64,000 nucleotides of DNA from Candidatus Heimdallarchaeum aukensis. Its GTDB lineage: Archaea; Asgardarchaeota; Heimdallarchaeia; Heimdallarchaeales; Heimdallarchaeaceae. The translations under genes and the position numbers were made by a program. Where the stretch lies: NCBI GenBank assembly GCA_021513695.1, contig CP084166.1, positions 2,912,001-2,976,000 of the forward strand, read 5' to 3'. Positions 8,271-17,989 of this stretch are shown in pieces. Each line of letters opens with the position of its first letter. Positions within the stretch are counted from its first letter, which is position 1. The notes beneath the pieces were generated by a model, which did no database searches, was not told the origin of the DNA, and saw only the letters and a program-made list of their open reading frames with translations.

Positions 8271-11162
8271 CTATGCTTTGAACTTTTTGAACTTTTTAGC
8301 TACAATGGCAACTATAGGCAAAGCAATAAATATACTCCACATATTAAAAGGTAAGTCTAATGTTTGTTTATCTTGTGTCGTAGTTGGTTCTGATGGGTCA
8401 GATGGGTCAGATGGGTCAGTTGGGTCAGTTGGGTCAGTTGGGTCAGTTGGTTGGGAATCGGATGAAGCTTGAACTGTTAATGTTATGTTATTTGAATTTC
8501 CATAAGTGTCTGTAGCTGTAATGAAAATAGTGTGTTTTCCTGAAGTAGTTATGTAGTCTTTTAGATTGGCTGAATATGTATCTCCATTACTGTAGGATCC
8601 TGACAAAATTAGTTTTCCATCTATGTAAAATTCGAACCAGTCTGGGTTATCATCGTAGAGGGTGAAAGTAAATTCTTTATCTGTACCTATTATATAGTCA
8701 AAAGGATCTTCTAGGTTTGTGTAAATTTGAGGTGGATTGTAGTCATATTCATAGCTGCTATTGTAACTGTTTACATAAAATGTTATATTGTTATTATTTC
8801 CCCATTGATCAAATGCTTCGATATAAATCTCATAGGTTCCTTCTTCAAAGATATAGTCACTCAATAAGAAATGTTGCTCATTCTCTGGATACCATCCATA
8901 GCCAACATAAGGAACATCAGAAAGAACAAGTGTGCCATTGATGTAAAGGTTGTATATATCAGGATATTCATCCATTATGTAGAAGGTATAGTTGTAATAA
9001 TCACCTATTGTATAATAGCTTACATTGTATATGTTCTCAAATCTAGGTGGGTCAGTTTCTGGTTGGCTAGAAACAACATTAATTTTCCATTCATAATATC
9101 TTTCATTTCCTGAGGTATCATTAGCAAAGAATGATAAAATATGTCCTCCTGTTTCACTAAATAATTCTTTTCCAGTAAAGTAAAGCTCAAAATAGTTCGG
9201 GTCATAGTTTCCTGAAGAAAGAATTACACCATCTAATGTTATTTGGTAATAATCTGGATTTTGCTCATTAATTGTAAAGCTATACCTCTTTGCACTTCCT
9301 AGTTCATAGTAGGTATCTACACTCCATCCTAAACTTGGTTTTTTAATATCTGTTCCTTCGGGATAAGCTTTTACCCAGAATGATTCTTTTTTGTAATTAT
9401 CAAACATATCGTAAGCTATTACAGTAAGATTATGTAAGCCTGTTCCACTGATTAAATCATTAAAATTATAGTAATAAGTATAAAATTCTGAATAATTTCC
9501 TGTGTCATATATAATTCCATCAACGTAAAACTCAAAGTAATTTGGATTTCCATCCTGTACATCAAACCAGAAGTTTTCATTACTTCCTAGAGCCCATTTA
9601 TAAGGTTCTCCCAAATTTTTCCCTTCATACCAAAGCGTATATAGATATGGAGGATCTACATCTGTTCCACTAGGGTAGATAGTTAAAGGAACAATTTTAG
9701 AATAAGTAGTGTTGACTGCGTCAGTAAAAGTTATGTTAACTGTATAGTCTCCAACTGCCCATGTATTACCAATCCATAAATCTAAAGTTTTGTTTCCATA
9801 ACCTCTATAATAGTTTGAATAATATTGTGTTAAATCTGATTGGTTATAATAGAATTTAACTTCTAATTCCCAAATAGTGTCAGAATAGATATAGATGTAT
9901 TTTAGAGATAGATCTATATCTTCTACCCCTTTATATAATTTATTTGTCTCGATTTGGCTCTTCCATTCAGGAATTGGGTATCTATCATCTTCTATCGATT
10001 GGAACCTTACATATGAATTTCCTTTAGCGTCATAAACTATAATTTTGAAATCTTTCCAAGTAGAATCAAGATTATACTCAAAATAATCTGTTGGAACGGT
10101 GTAATATAGATCTGTACTAGAAATGGGCAGACTGTCAACTAAAACCCAACGCCAATAATTATACTTGTAATTCATTACATAGAATTCTAATTTTACAACA
10201 TCTTCTGAGAATTGTAGTGGAAAAGTTATTTCTATTGTGCTATTGGTTATAGGTTTATTCCAGCTGTAATCCTTGAAAGTGAAATAGGGAACAAAGGAAT
10301 TATCACTTGTAGAATAAAAGTTGCTTGCTTTAGTTAAAGTATAAGAGTACTCTGACTTAGTATTTTCTACACGAGTAAAATTAACATAGGTGCCATAGTC
10401 ATCTAAATATTCATAGAAACTGTAAATATAATCATAATGATAGATTTTTTTGAATTCTAGTAAAGTTCCTGTATTATTGTCAACATAGTAATAATACTCT
10501 TCATAATTATAGTTAAGTGTATCAGCATCAACGCCATACCATGAAGAGGTCCAAGAACTTTGCCAAACTTCTGTTTTATAATAATAAACATCTATTTGCA
10601 AAGTAAAAATAACATTATTTACTGTATATTCTCTAGTTTCTTGGCCTATAAATGATGTTTGATAAAAATAATCTAGAGGATCGAAAACTAGATTAGTGTA
10701 ATTGTTTAAAGTTCTATAATATGCATCACCTGAATCCCATGATTCATAGATTTTTTCGTATTCGTAAGTACTACTTTCGTACCAATCATTATTTTGCCAT
10801 CTATAATATGTATTGGCATAGTAATAAGAATAGTTATTGGTACCTGTAGTAACGTCAAAAACCTCAATATAACTTGAACCTAAGTTTGTATTTGTAATAT
10901 TAAAAGCTCGAAAAGAATTTCTTACATCTCTATTGTAGTAAATATTTTGATAAGCATAACTATCTTTATTCTCATCAGGAAGGAATACCTCACTGGTATT
11001 AGTTTCATAAACTCTCTTATAATTATAAATGAATGTATCTCCATTATTTAACTGATAAATCTCTGCATTCACACATGTCGTTTGAAAACTTATGAAAGAA
11101 GTAAATGTAGCAATCAAGATCAAAGCAATAATTAAATTACTTTTCTTTATCAACATAAACAC
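8271..11162 (-). CDS. giant secreted surface (S-layer/adhesin-like) glycoprotein, paralog A (963 aa)
   Basis: An N-terminal signal peptide (IIALILIATFTSFIS...VNA|E). Extreme Tyr/Asn/Asp/Thr bias with dozens of N-x-S/T sequons. 4-5 tandem ~100-aa repeats of the type NPDYYEFYVDG...SG.Y.....PEGTD. A TDP/SDP linker, a C-terminal TM helix and a KKFKKFKA tail. GTG start preceded by GGGGTG. Confidence 0.7.
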   Translation of the reverse strand: MFMLIKKSNLIIALILIATFTSFISFQTTCVNAEIYQLNNGDTFIYNYKRVYETNTSEVFLPDENKDSYAYQNIYYNRDVRNSFRAFNITNTNLGSSYIEVFDVTTGTNNYSYYYANTYYRWQNNDWYESSTYEYEKIYESWDSGDAYYRTLNNYTNLVFDPLDYFYQTSFIGQETREYTVNNVIFTLQIDVYYYKTEVWQSSWTSSWYGVDADTLNYNYEEYYYYVDNNTGTLLEFKKIYHYDYIYSFYEYLDDYGTYVNFTRVENTKSEYSYTLTKASNFYSTSDNSFVPYFTFKDYSWNKPITNSTIEITFPLQFSEDVVKLEFYVMNYKYNYWRWVLVDSLPISSTDLYYTVPTDYFEYNLDSTWKDFKIIVYDAKGNSYVRFQSIEDDRYPIPEWKSQIETNKLYKGVEDIDLSLKYIYIYSDTIWELEVKFYYNQSDLTQYYSNYYRGYGNKTLDLWIGNTWAVGDYTVNITFTDAVNTTYSKIVPLTIYPSGTDVDPPYLYTLWYEGKNLGEPYKWALGSNENFWFDVQDGNPNYFEFYVDGIIYDTGNYSEFYTYYYNFNDLISGTGLHNLTVIAYDMFDNYKKESFWVKAYPEGTDIKKPSLGWSVDTYYELGSAKRYSFTINEQNPDYYQITLDGVILSSGNYDPNYFELYFTGKELFSETGGHILSFFANDTSGNERYYEWKINVVSSQPETDPPRFENIYNVSYYTIGDYYNYTFYIMDEYPDIYNLYINGTLVLSDVPYVGYGWYPENEQHFLLSDYIFEEGTYEIYIEAFDQWGNNNNITFYVNSYNSSYEYDYNPPQIYTNLEDPFDYIIGTDKEFTFTLYDDNPDWFEFYIDGKLILSGSYSNGDTYSANLKDYITTSGKHTIFITATDTYGNSNNITLTVQASSDSQPTDPTDPTDPTDPSDPSDPSEPTTTQDKQTLDLPFNMWSIFIALPIVAIVAKKFKKFKA
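8396..8467. repeat. 9-bp tandem repeat (about 7 units of GGGTCAGAT/GGGTCAGTT) encoding the TDPTDPTDPTDPSDPSDPSEP linker of paralog A
   Basis: Read directly from the sequence at 8396-8458. Confidence 0.85.
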
Positions 11163-11494
11163 CCCAAAATAAATTTTCTCAGAAATATTATATAAAAATT
11201 ATTTAATATGCAATCGAGTAGAATGCTTGTCTTTATTATCTTCTATAACTTCTTAACTTTGTTTTTTTCTATATTTTTGAAAATTGCTAAAATTGATCAA
11301 TGCGTATTAATTTTAAATTGAATATTGAATAAGTTAAGAATCGAACTTAATATTATCTTTAAACTAACTTAATTTTAATTAATAGAGTTTTTTCAATCTT
11401 ATAATGCCAAACTAAAAAATAGAAGAAATGAATTCTGTTTTAGTTATAGATTCAAAATTAATTCTCGATAAAAAAGAAGAAAAAGTAAGTAAAT

Positions 11495-13140
11495 TTATGT
11501 TTTATACTTTTTGAACTTTTTAGCTATAATAGTTATTACAGGTAAAGCGATAAAAATACTCCATACACTAAATGGTAAATCTATTGTTTGTTTATCTTGT
11601 GTAGTAGTTTCATTAGTATTATCAGAACTTGATTCATAAATTGCTTTTATTGATAATTTTAATTCATTGCTATTTCCAAAAACATCATAAGCAACCATTT
11701 TTATTGTATGTATTCCTTCTTCTGTAATGTAGGTATTAAGGTTAAATGAGATAGTAGTCCCATCAGTGTAACTATCGGTTTTAATCAATTCGTCGTCAAT
11801 GTAGAGTTCATAATAATCAGGATTTGCATCATATAATGTAAATTTCACTGTTTTACTAGTACCTATTACGTATTCAATTGCATGCCAATAGTCCATGTTA
11901 GTATCTATCTGGGGTGCATCATAATCATCTTGATAGGCTTCAGTATAGGCATTAACGTAAATTGTAATATTATTATTGTTTCCCCATTGATCGAAGGCTT
12001 CTATGTAGATTTCATTGGTTCCTTCTTCAAAGATATAATCTCGCAATTGCAAATGTTGCTCATTCTCTGGATACCATCCATAACCTTCATAAGGTACATT
12101 GGAAAGCGTTAGATTTCCATTAATATAAAGATTGTAAGTATCAGGATATTTATCGTTAATGTAGAAGGAAATGTCGTAATAATCCCCAATTCTGTAATAG
12201 TCAACATCATATATATTCTCGAATGTGGGAGGATCAGTCTCCGGTTGACTAGGAACGACATTAATTTCCTTTTCATAATACATTTCATTTCCTGAGGTAT
12301 CATTAGCAAAGAGGGATAAAATATGTCCGCCTGTTTCACTAAATAATTCTTTACCAGTAAAGTATATCTCAAAGTAGTTCTGATCATAGCTGCCTGATGA
12401 AATAATTTCATCGTTTAGTCTAATTTCGTAATAATCAGGGTTTTTCTCATTAAACCAAAAACTATATCGTTCTGCGCTTCCTAATTCATAGTAAGAGTTA
12501 ACATTCCACCATAAATCTGGTCTTTTTAAATCTGTTCCTTCAGGATAAGCTTTTACCCATACTGATTCTTTCCTATAATTTCCAAATTGATCATAGGTTA
12601 TAACAGTAAGGTTGTGCAATCCAACTTCATTAATAAGATCATTAAAGTTGTAGTAATAGTTAATTTGTTCAGAGTAATTTCCTGTATCATATAGAACTCC
12701 ATCAACATAAAATTCATAGTAATTTGGGTTATCATCCCAAGTATTGAACCAGAATTCTTCATAATCTCCGATAGCCCATTTATGTGGTTCTCCAAAATTT
12801 TTTTCTTCATACCAAGGCACATTTAAATCTGGAGGGTCTACATCCGTTCCACTGGGATAGATAGTTACAGGAACAATAGTAGAATAAGTAGTATTGACCG
12901 CGTCAGTAAACGTTATGTTAACTGTATAGTCTCCAACAGCCCATGTACCACCAATCCAAACATATAGTGTCCTATTTCCATAACCCTCATAATAGTTTGA
13001 CCAAAATTGTGTCAAATCTGACTGGTTATAATAGAATCTTGTTTCTACTTTCCAAGTAGTATCAGAATAAATATAAAGACATTTTAAGATCAGTTCCTTG
13101 TCTTCTACTCCTTTATATTCTTTATTTGTTTCTATTTGAC
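11495..13140. repeat. left arm of a ~1.4-1.65-kb near-identical inverted repeat (3' part of paralog B)
   Basis: Identical antisense ORFs occur at mirrored coordinates: 11882-12112 and 36009-36239, 12109-12411 and 35710-36012, 12598-12822 and 35299-35523. Mirrored coordinates sum to 48121. Confidence 0.85.
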
Positions 13141-14338
13141 TCTGCCAATCGGGAATAGGGTACCTGTCATCTTTTAATGAATAGGATTTTACGAATAAGT
13201 TGCCTTTTGCATCGTAAACTATTATTTTAAAATCTTTATGTATATCATACTGTATATATCCAAAGTAGTCAATTGGAGCGGTATAATTCAACTCTGTGCT
13301 AGTAATTGTTTGACTATCTACTAAATCCCATCTCCAAAAGCCATATTGATAGTTATGCACATAAAATTCCATTTTAACAACATCTTTAGAGAATAGGAAT
13401 GGAAAAGTTATTCCTGTTGTACTATTAGTTATAGGTTGAGTCCAGCTATTGTCCTTAAAAATAAAATATGGGACAAAAGAATTATCACTTGTAGAATAGA
13501 ACTTGCTTGCTTTAGTTAGAGTATATGTTTCAGAATTTTGGTTATTTTCCACACGGGTAAAATTAACATATGTATTGTAATCAGGTAAATATTCATAGAA
13601 ACTATAAAAAATATCATTATGATAATTTTTCTTATATTCTAGCAAAATTCCGGTGTTGTTGTCAACATAGTAATAACATTCATCGTAATTATAGCTGTGT
13701 GCTGTAGTCTCAACATCGTACCATGTCGAATTCCATGTGTCTTCCCACTCATTCATTTTACAATAATATATGTCTACTTGTAAAGTAAATACTTCACCAT
13801 TAACAACATATGTTCTAGTTTCTTGAGAAATGAATGTTGATGCTCCAAAATAACCTATTGGATCAAAAACTAGATCAGTGTAATTATTAAGGGTCCTATA
13901 ATCAGTATATCCCGAATCCCAAGAATAATTGATTATATCTTCATATTCATTTGAATTGTCTTTATACCAACCATCTGAATTCCATCTGTAATATGTGCTG
14001 TTCCAATAATAGATATAATCGGTGGCTCCCGTTGCAACATCAAAAACTTCAATATAGCTTGAACTTAGGTTTGTGTTTGTAACATTAAAAGCCCTAAGAA
14101 AATTATATTCTTCTTTCCTAAAGTGTACAGATTTGTAAGCATAATTTTCCTTATTATCATCTGGAAAGAATATTTCATTTGTATTAGATTCATAAACTTT
14201 CTTATAATTATAAACGAATTTATCTCCATTATTTAACTGATAAATCTCGGCATTTACTCCTACAGTTTGCAAACTTATGAAAGAAGTAAATGTAGCAATT
14301 AAGATCAAAGCAATAATTAAATTACTTCTTCTTATCAA
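11495..14338 (-). CDS. giant secreted surface glycoprotein, paralog B (947 aa)
   Basis: Same architecture as paralog A. TTG start preceded by GGGGTG. The C-terminal ~470 aa are identical to paralog C apart from a few residues. Confidence 0.7.
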   Translation of the reverse strand: MIRRSNLIIALILIATFTSFISLQTVGVNAEIYQLNNGDKFVYNYKKVYESNTNEIFFPDDNKENYAYKSVHFRKEEYNFLRAFNVTNTNLSSSYIEVFDVATGATDYIYYWNSTYYRWNSDGWYKDNSNEYEDIINYSWDSGYTDYRTLNNYTDLVFDPIGYFGASTFISQETRTYVVNGEVFTLQVDIYYCKMNEWEDTWNSTWYDVETTAHSYNYDECYYYVDNNTGILLEYKKNYHNDIFYSFYEYLPDYNTYVNFTRVENNQNSETYTLTKASKFYSTSDNSFVPYFIFKDNSWTQPITNSTTGITFPFLFSKDVVKMEFYVHNYQYGFWRWDLVDSQTITSTELNYTAPIDYFGYIQYDIHKDFKIIVYDAKGNLFVKSYSLKDDRYPIPDWQSQIETNKEYKGVEDKELILKCLYIYSDTTWKVETRFYYNQSDLTQFWSNYYEGYGNRTLYVWIGGTWAVGDYTVNITFTDAVNTTYSTIVPVTIYPSGTDVDPPDLNVPWYEEKNFGEPHKWAIGDYEEFWFNTWDDNPNYYEFYVDGVLYDTGNYSEQINYYYNFNDLINEVGLHNLTVITYDQFGNYRKESVWVKAYPEGTDLKRPDLWWNVNSYYELGSAERYSFWFNEKNPDYYEIRLNDEIISSGSYDQNYFEIYFTGKELFSETGGHILSLFANDTSGNEMYYEKEINVVPSQPETDPPTFENIYDVDYYRIGDYYDISFYINDKYPDTYNLYINGNLTLSNVPYEGYGWYPENEQHLQLRDYIFEEGTNEIYIEAFDQWGNNNNITIYVNAYTEAYQDDYDAPQIDTNMDYWHAIEYVIGTSKTVKFTLYDANPDYYELYIDDELIKTDSYTDGTTISFNLNTYITEEGIHTIKMVAYDVFGNSNELKLSIKAIYESSSDNTNETTTQDKQTIDLPFSVWSIFIALPVITIIAKKFKKYKT

Positions 14339-14746
14339 CTTAACACCCCAAAATAAAGTTTCTCAGAAATAATATTTAAAAATTACTAATTAAGTAATCG
14401 AGCTGAAATTTTTTTCTATTCTCTTTTTAGAACTTACTAATGATTCTTTTTTCCTTTTTCAGAAAAATTGTTATAATTGGCTGATGATTATAAATCTTAA
14501 AATCGAATATAGATACATTCAGAACTAAAGTTGTAATTATCTTTTAATTGATTTTATTTCATCTCATTCCACTTCATTTAATTTCATTTAATTTCAGTCT
14601 CAATGTTAAGCTAAAAAAGAGAGAATAGGATTCAATTAAAACAATTTTTCTTTCTTTTTTTAAAGCAGAATTTCTTCATTTTCTTATTAGTTTTAAAAAG
14701 TCTAAGATTCAATATTAGTTCTTTTCACTTTTGTTGAAAGTAAGTG

Positions 14747-15712
14747 TCATTTTTTCTTTTCAGCATTTTTTATGGCTACTATTTCTGCAGCTATACTTAT
14801 TGCTATTTCTTCTGGAGTTATACTGTTAATACTTATTCCTATTGGAGAGTGAACTTTTTCTAGCAATTCATCAGATATTCCTTTTTGCTTTAGATTCTCA
14901 AAAAGTTTCTTTTTCTTTGACTTACTAGCCATTAAGCCTATGTATTTGAATTTTTTATGGATAAGTTTTTCTAAAACCAATTCGTCGTACTTATGTCCAA
15001 ACGACATAATAGTTACATACACATTATTTCCTTCTGGTACATATTTTTCTATTTCTTCATAATCTATTACTTTTTTCACATTTGCGTAGTTATTGTTTTT
15101 CATTGTATCGAGATTTTCTCTATTGTCATAAACCGTAATATGGAAATCCAACGTTTTCATTATTCTAGAAAAGGCTAAAGATACATGTCCTCCTCCTACG
15201 ATTATTAATCTATTTCTCAAGCCTATATTTTCTTTAAATGTCCATTTTTCTCCTTCTTCTATGAATTCGTACTGCTTTTCTGACATTTTATCCAGTTCTA
15301 TTTTTAGTCCTTTTTCATTTATTGTAATTATTGCTTGTTCCGCCTTGTTATAAGCGTTTATTATTTTTTGTACTTCACTTTTATCTTTTTCAACTATAGG
15401 AACTATTGCAAACGTTTGTGTTCCTGAGCATACCATCCCTGATTTATGTTCTCCTCCTTTTTCATTATGTATCATAAACTCTTTTTCTGTAGTAAAGTCA
15501 TTTTTTCTTAGTTTTTCTTTCGCTCTTTCTATTAGTTGATATTCCGATAAGCCTCCACCCACTGTTCCTTCTGCTTTTTCTAGTGTTACAAACATTTTTG
15601 CTCCTTCTGCATTGGGAGCTGAACCTTTTCTTTCTATTATTTCTACTAGAACAACGTTTGAGCCTTTTTGAAGCTCAGATAATACACTTTTCCAAAACTT
15701 TTCATCATTCAC
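14747..15712 (-). CDS. xdhC: XdhC/CoxI-family molybdoenzyme maturation factor
   Basis: N-terminal SAPNAEGAKMFV...GTVGGG (XdhC_CoxI) and a C-terminal Rossmann segment LIIVGGGHVSLAFSRIM. Confidence 0.7.
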   Translation of the reverse strand: MNDEKFWKSVLSELQKGSNVVLVEIIERKGSAPNAEGAKMFVTLEKAEGTVGGGLSEYQLIERAKEKLRKNDFTTEKEFMIHNEKGGEHKSGMVCSGTQTFAIVPIVEKDKSEVQKIINAYNKAEQAIITINEKGLKIELDKMSEKQYEFIEEGEKWTFKENIGLRNRLIIVGGGHVSLAFSRIMKTLDFHITVYDNRENLDTMKNNNYANVKKVIDYEEIEKYVPEGNNVYVTIMSFGHKYDELVLEKLIHKKFKYIGLMASKSKKKKLFENLKQKGISDELLEKVHSPIGISINSITPEEIAISIAAEIVAIKNAEKKK

Positions 15713-15730
15713 GTTTCATCACTTTAGATT

Positions 15731-17989
15731 TTAAGAATTATTTTCATATAGGTAAAGTAAAAGTTTTTCTGGCGTTAATGGAGCCGAGTAAACCCATTCT
15801 TTATCTTTCCTAAATGCTCTTGTAGCGTTTTTTATAGCAAAATATGCTCCGATTCCGTACATGAATGGTGGCTCTCCTATAGCTTTAGATTTTAAAACTG
15901 CTTCTGGATTTTCTGCATTTTCTAGAAACTTCACCTTTATTTCGGGGGTGAATGGAAGATTTGGTACTTTATACGTTGCAAAGGAATTTGTCAAGATATG
16001 TCCTTCTTTGTACATTAGTTGCTCTATTGTCATCCACCCTATTCCTTGAAGTAACCCTCCTTCTGTTTGTCCTAAATCAACCAGATAATTTATACTCTTT
16101 CCTGCATCATGAACAATTGTTACTTTATCTATTGTATATGTTCCTCTTAAGCAATCTATTGTTACTTCTGTTAATGCTGCTCCAAAAACGTGGTAAGCAA
16201 AGGGTTTTCCTTTCTTTTCTTCTTTGTTAAAGAATATTTTAGGTGTAGCATACAAAGCTTGACTTGAAAGATTTACTCTACTCATGTATGCTGAATTTAC
16301 AAGTTCATTCCAACCTAGTTCTGTTTTCTTTCCTTTAACATATACATAATCTTCTTTTATTTCTATTTCCTCTGGTTGAACTTGAAGTTTCTCAGAAGCT
16401 ACTTTTTTCAGTCTTTCTACCAATCTATTACAAGCTATCTCTGCTGCCTTCCCATTCAAATCAGCCCCTGTACTCGCTGCTGTGGGTGAGGTGTTGATCA
16501 CTCTTGTTGTATTCGTACTTTCTATTCTTATTCTTTCAGGGTCTATTCCGAGAGCTAATGAAACTATGTGTCTAATTTTAACATTTACTCCTTGTCCCAT
16601 CTCTATGGCTCCAGTGCTTACACTTACGCTCCCATCTTTGTAAATATTCACTAGCGCTCCTGCTTGATTTAGAAAAGTACTTGTAAACGAAATGCCAAAG
16701 CAAATTGGCATGATTGAGAGACCTTTTTTCATGTACTTGTTCGATTGATTAAATTCTTCTATTTCTTTTTTCTTTTGTTCAAAATTCGTTTCTTTTAGTA
16801 GTTCTTCGAAGCTTCTTCTTGCATTTGATCTTTCTACTTTTTGCCCATAATGAAACTCGTCTCCTTCATTTAACAGATTTTTCTCTTGTAGAACATGTTT
16901 TGGAACACCCATTACTTCTGCAGCTTTGTCAATGGCTGCTTCTATCAAGAACATTCCTTGTGGTCCTCCGAACCCTCTAAAGGCTGTGAAAGGAGGTAAG
17001 TTTGTTTTACATGGATAACCTGTTACTTTTACATTTGGGATATAATATGAATTAGTAGAATGGAAAAGAGTTCTACTTAAGATAGCTGTTGATAGATCAG
17101 CACTTGCTCCAGAGTTCTGGTAAATAGATGCTTCAAAAGCTATAATTTTTCCCTCTTTTGTTAGACCTATTTTGTAATCACTTGAGTAGGGGTGTCTTTT
17201 TCCTGTCATCTGTATATCTTCTTTTCTGTTTAGAACAAGTTTTACTGGCCTTTTTGTATGGTATGCACCTAAAGCGCAAATAGCTGCCCACTGTGTAGCT
17301 TGATCTTCTTTTCCACCAAACCCTCCTCCTATTCTCTTAACATCTACTTCTATCTTATTCATATCTAAACCGAGTATTTTTGCTGTTGTACCTTGAACAG
17401 TAGTGGGAGCTTGAGTGCTGGAATAGATAAGAATCTTATCATTTTCATCAGGAATAGCTAATGCTGCTTGAGTTTCAAGATAAACGTGTTCTTGTCCTCC
17501 ATTTTCTACTGTTCCTTCAATAATAACATCACATTTTTCCCAAGCTGCATCGACATCTCCATTTGAAAGAGTATTAGATGGAGCAATAAAAAGACCTTTT
17601 TCTGCTGCTTCTCTCGGATCAAAAACTGCAGGAAGTTCTTCATACTCTATTTCTACCAACTTACTTGCATTTTTAGCTTGTTCTTTTGTTTCAGCTAAAA
17701 TTATCGCTATCGGTTGTCCTACGAATTCTACTTCGTCTTCTACTAATAGCACTTCATCTTGAATAATTCGCCCTAATTGATTTTCTCCAGGAATATCTTT
17801 AGAAGTAAGAATCTTGCATACTCCGGGGCTCTTTTCAGCTTTTTCTAAATTTAATTTAACTATTTTTCCGTGAGGAATTGTTGAAGTAAAAACAAATGCA
17901 TGTAACAAATTAGATGGTTCTGGTAAATCATCTACATACAAAGATTCTCCTTTTGTATGAGGAGCTAAAAATTCTTTAATTATTTTCAT
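15731..17989 (-). CDS. xdhB: xanthine dehydrogenase/aldehyde oxidoreductase family molybdopterin-binding subunit
   Basis: Contains the RIGGGFGGKED Mo-cofactor motif and an N-terminal a/b hammerhead region (752 aa). The 4-bp overlap with the upstream gene suggests translational coupling. Confidence 0.85.
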   Translation of the reverse strand: MKIIKEFLAPHTKGESLYVDDLPEPSNLLHAFVFTSTIPHGKIVKLNLEKAEKSPGVCKILTSKDIPGENQLGRIIQDEVLLVEDEVEFVGQPIAIILAETKEQAKNASKLVEIEYEELPAVFDPREAAEKGLFIAPSNTLSNGDVDAAWEKCDVIIEGTVENGGQEHVYLETQAALAIPDENDKILIYSSTQAPTTVQGTTAKILGLDMNKIEVDVKRIGGGFGGKEDQATQWAAICALGAYHTKRPVKLVLNRKEDIQMTGKRHPYSSDYKIGLTKEGKIIAFEASIYQNSGASADLSTAILSRTLFHSTNSYYIPNVKVTGYPCKTNLPPFTAFRGFGGPQGMFLIEAAIDKAAEVMGVPKHVLQEKNLLNEGDEFHYGQKVERSNARRSFEELLKETNFEQKKKEIEEFNQSNKYMKKGLSIMPICFGISFTSTFLNQAGALVNIYKDGSVSVSTGAIEMGQGVNVKIRHIVSLALGIDPERIRIESTNTTRVINTSPTAASTGADLNGKAAEIACNRLVERLKKVASEKLQVQPEEIEIKEDYVYVKGKKTELGWNELVNSAYMSRVNLSSQALYATPKIFFNKEEKKGKPFAYHVFGAALTEVTIDCLRGTYTIDKVTIVHDAGKSINYLVDLGQTEGGLLQGIGWMTIEQLMYKEGHILTNSFATYKVPNLPFTPEIKVKFLENAENPEAVLKSKAIGEPPFMYGIGAYFAIKNATRAFRKDKEWVYSAPLTPEKLLLYLYENNS

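Noticed and set aside
8278-12822. Antisense ORFs inside the surface-protein genes, including 8278-8472, 8717-8941, 8871-9113, 9020-9205, 11882-12112, 12109-12411 and 12598-12822. The last three reappear at 36009-36239, 35710-36012 and 35299-35523.
   Set aside because: They lie opposite long, well-supported ORFs. The identical copies only reflect the nucleotide-level inverted duplication of paralogs B and C.
14521-14640. Short tandem motifs (CATTTAATTT x2, repeated TTCAT) upstream of paralog B.
   Set aside because: Low-complexity AT-rich promoter DNA, with no higher-order periodicity.
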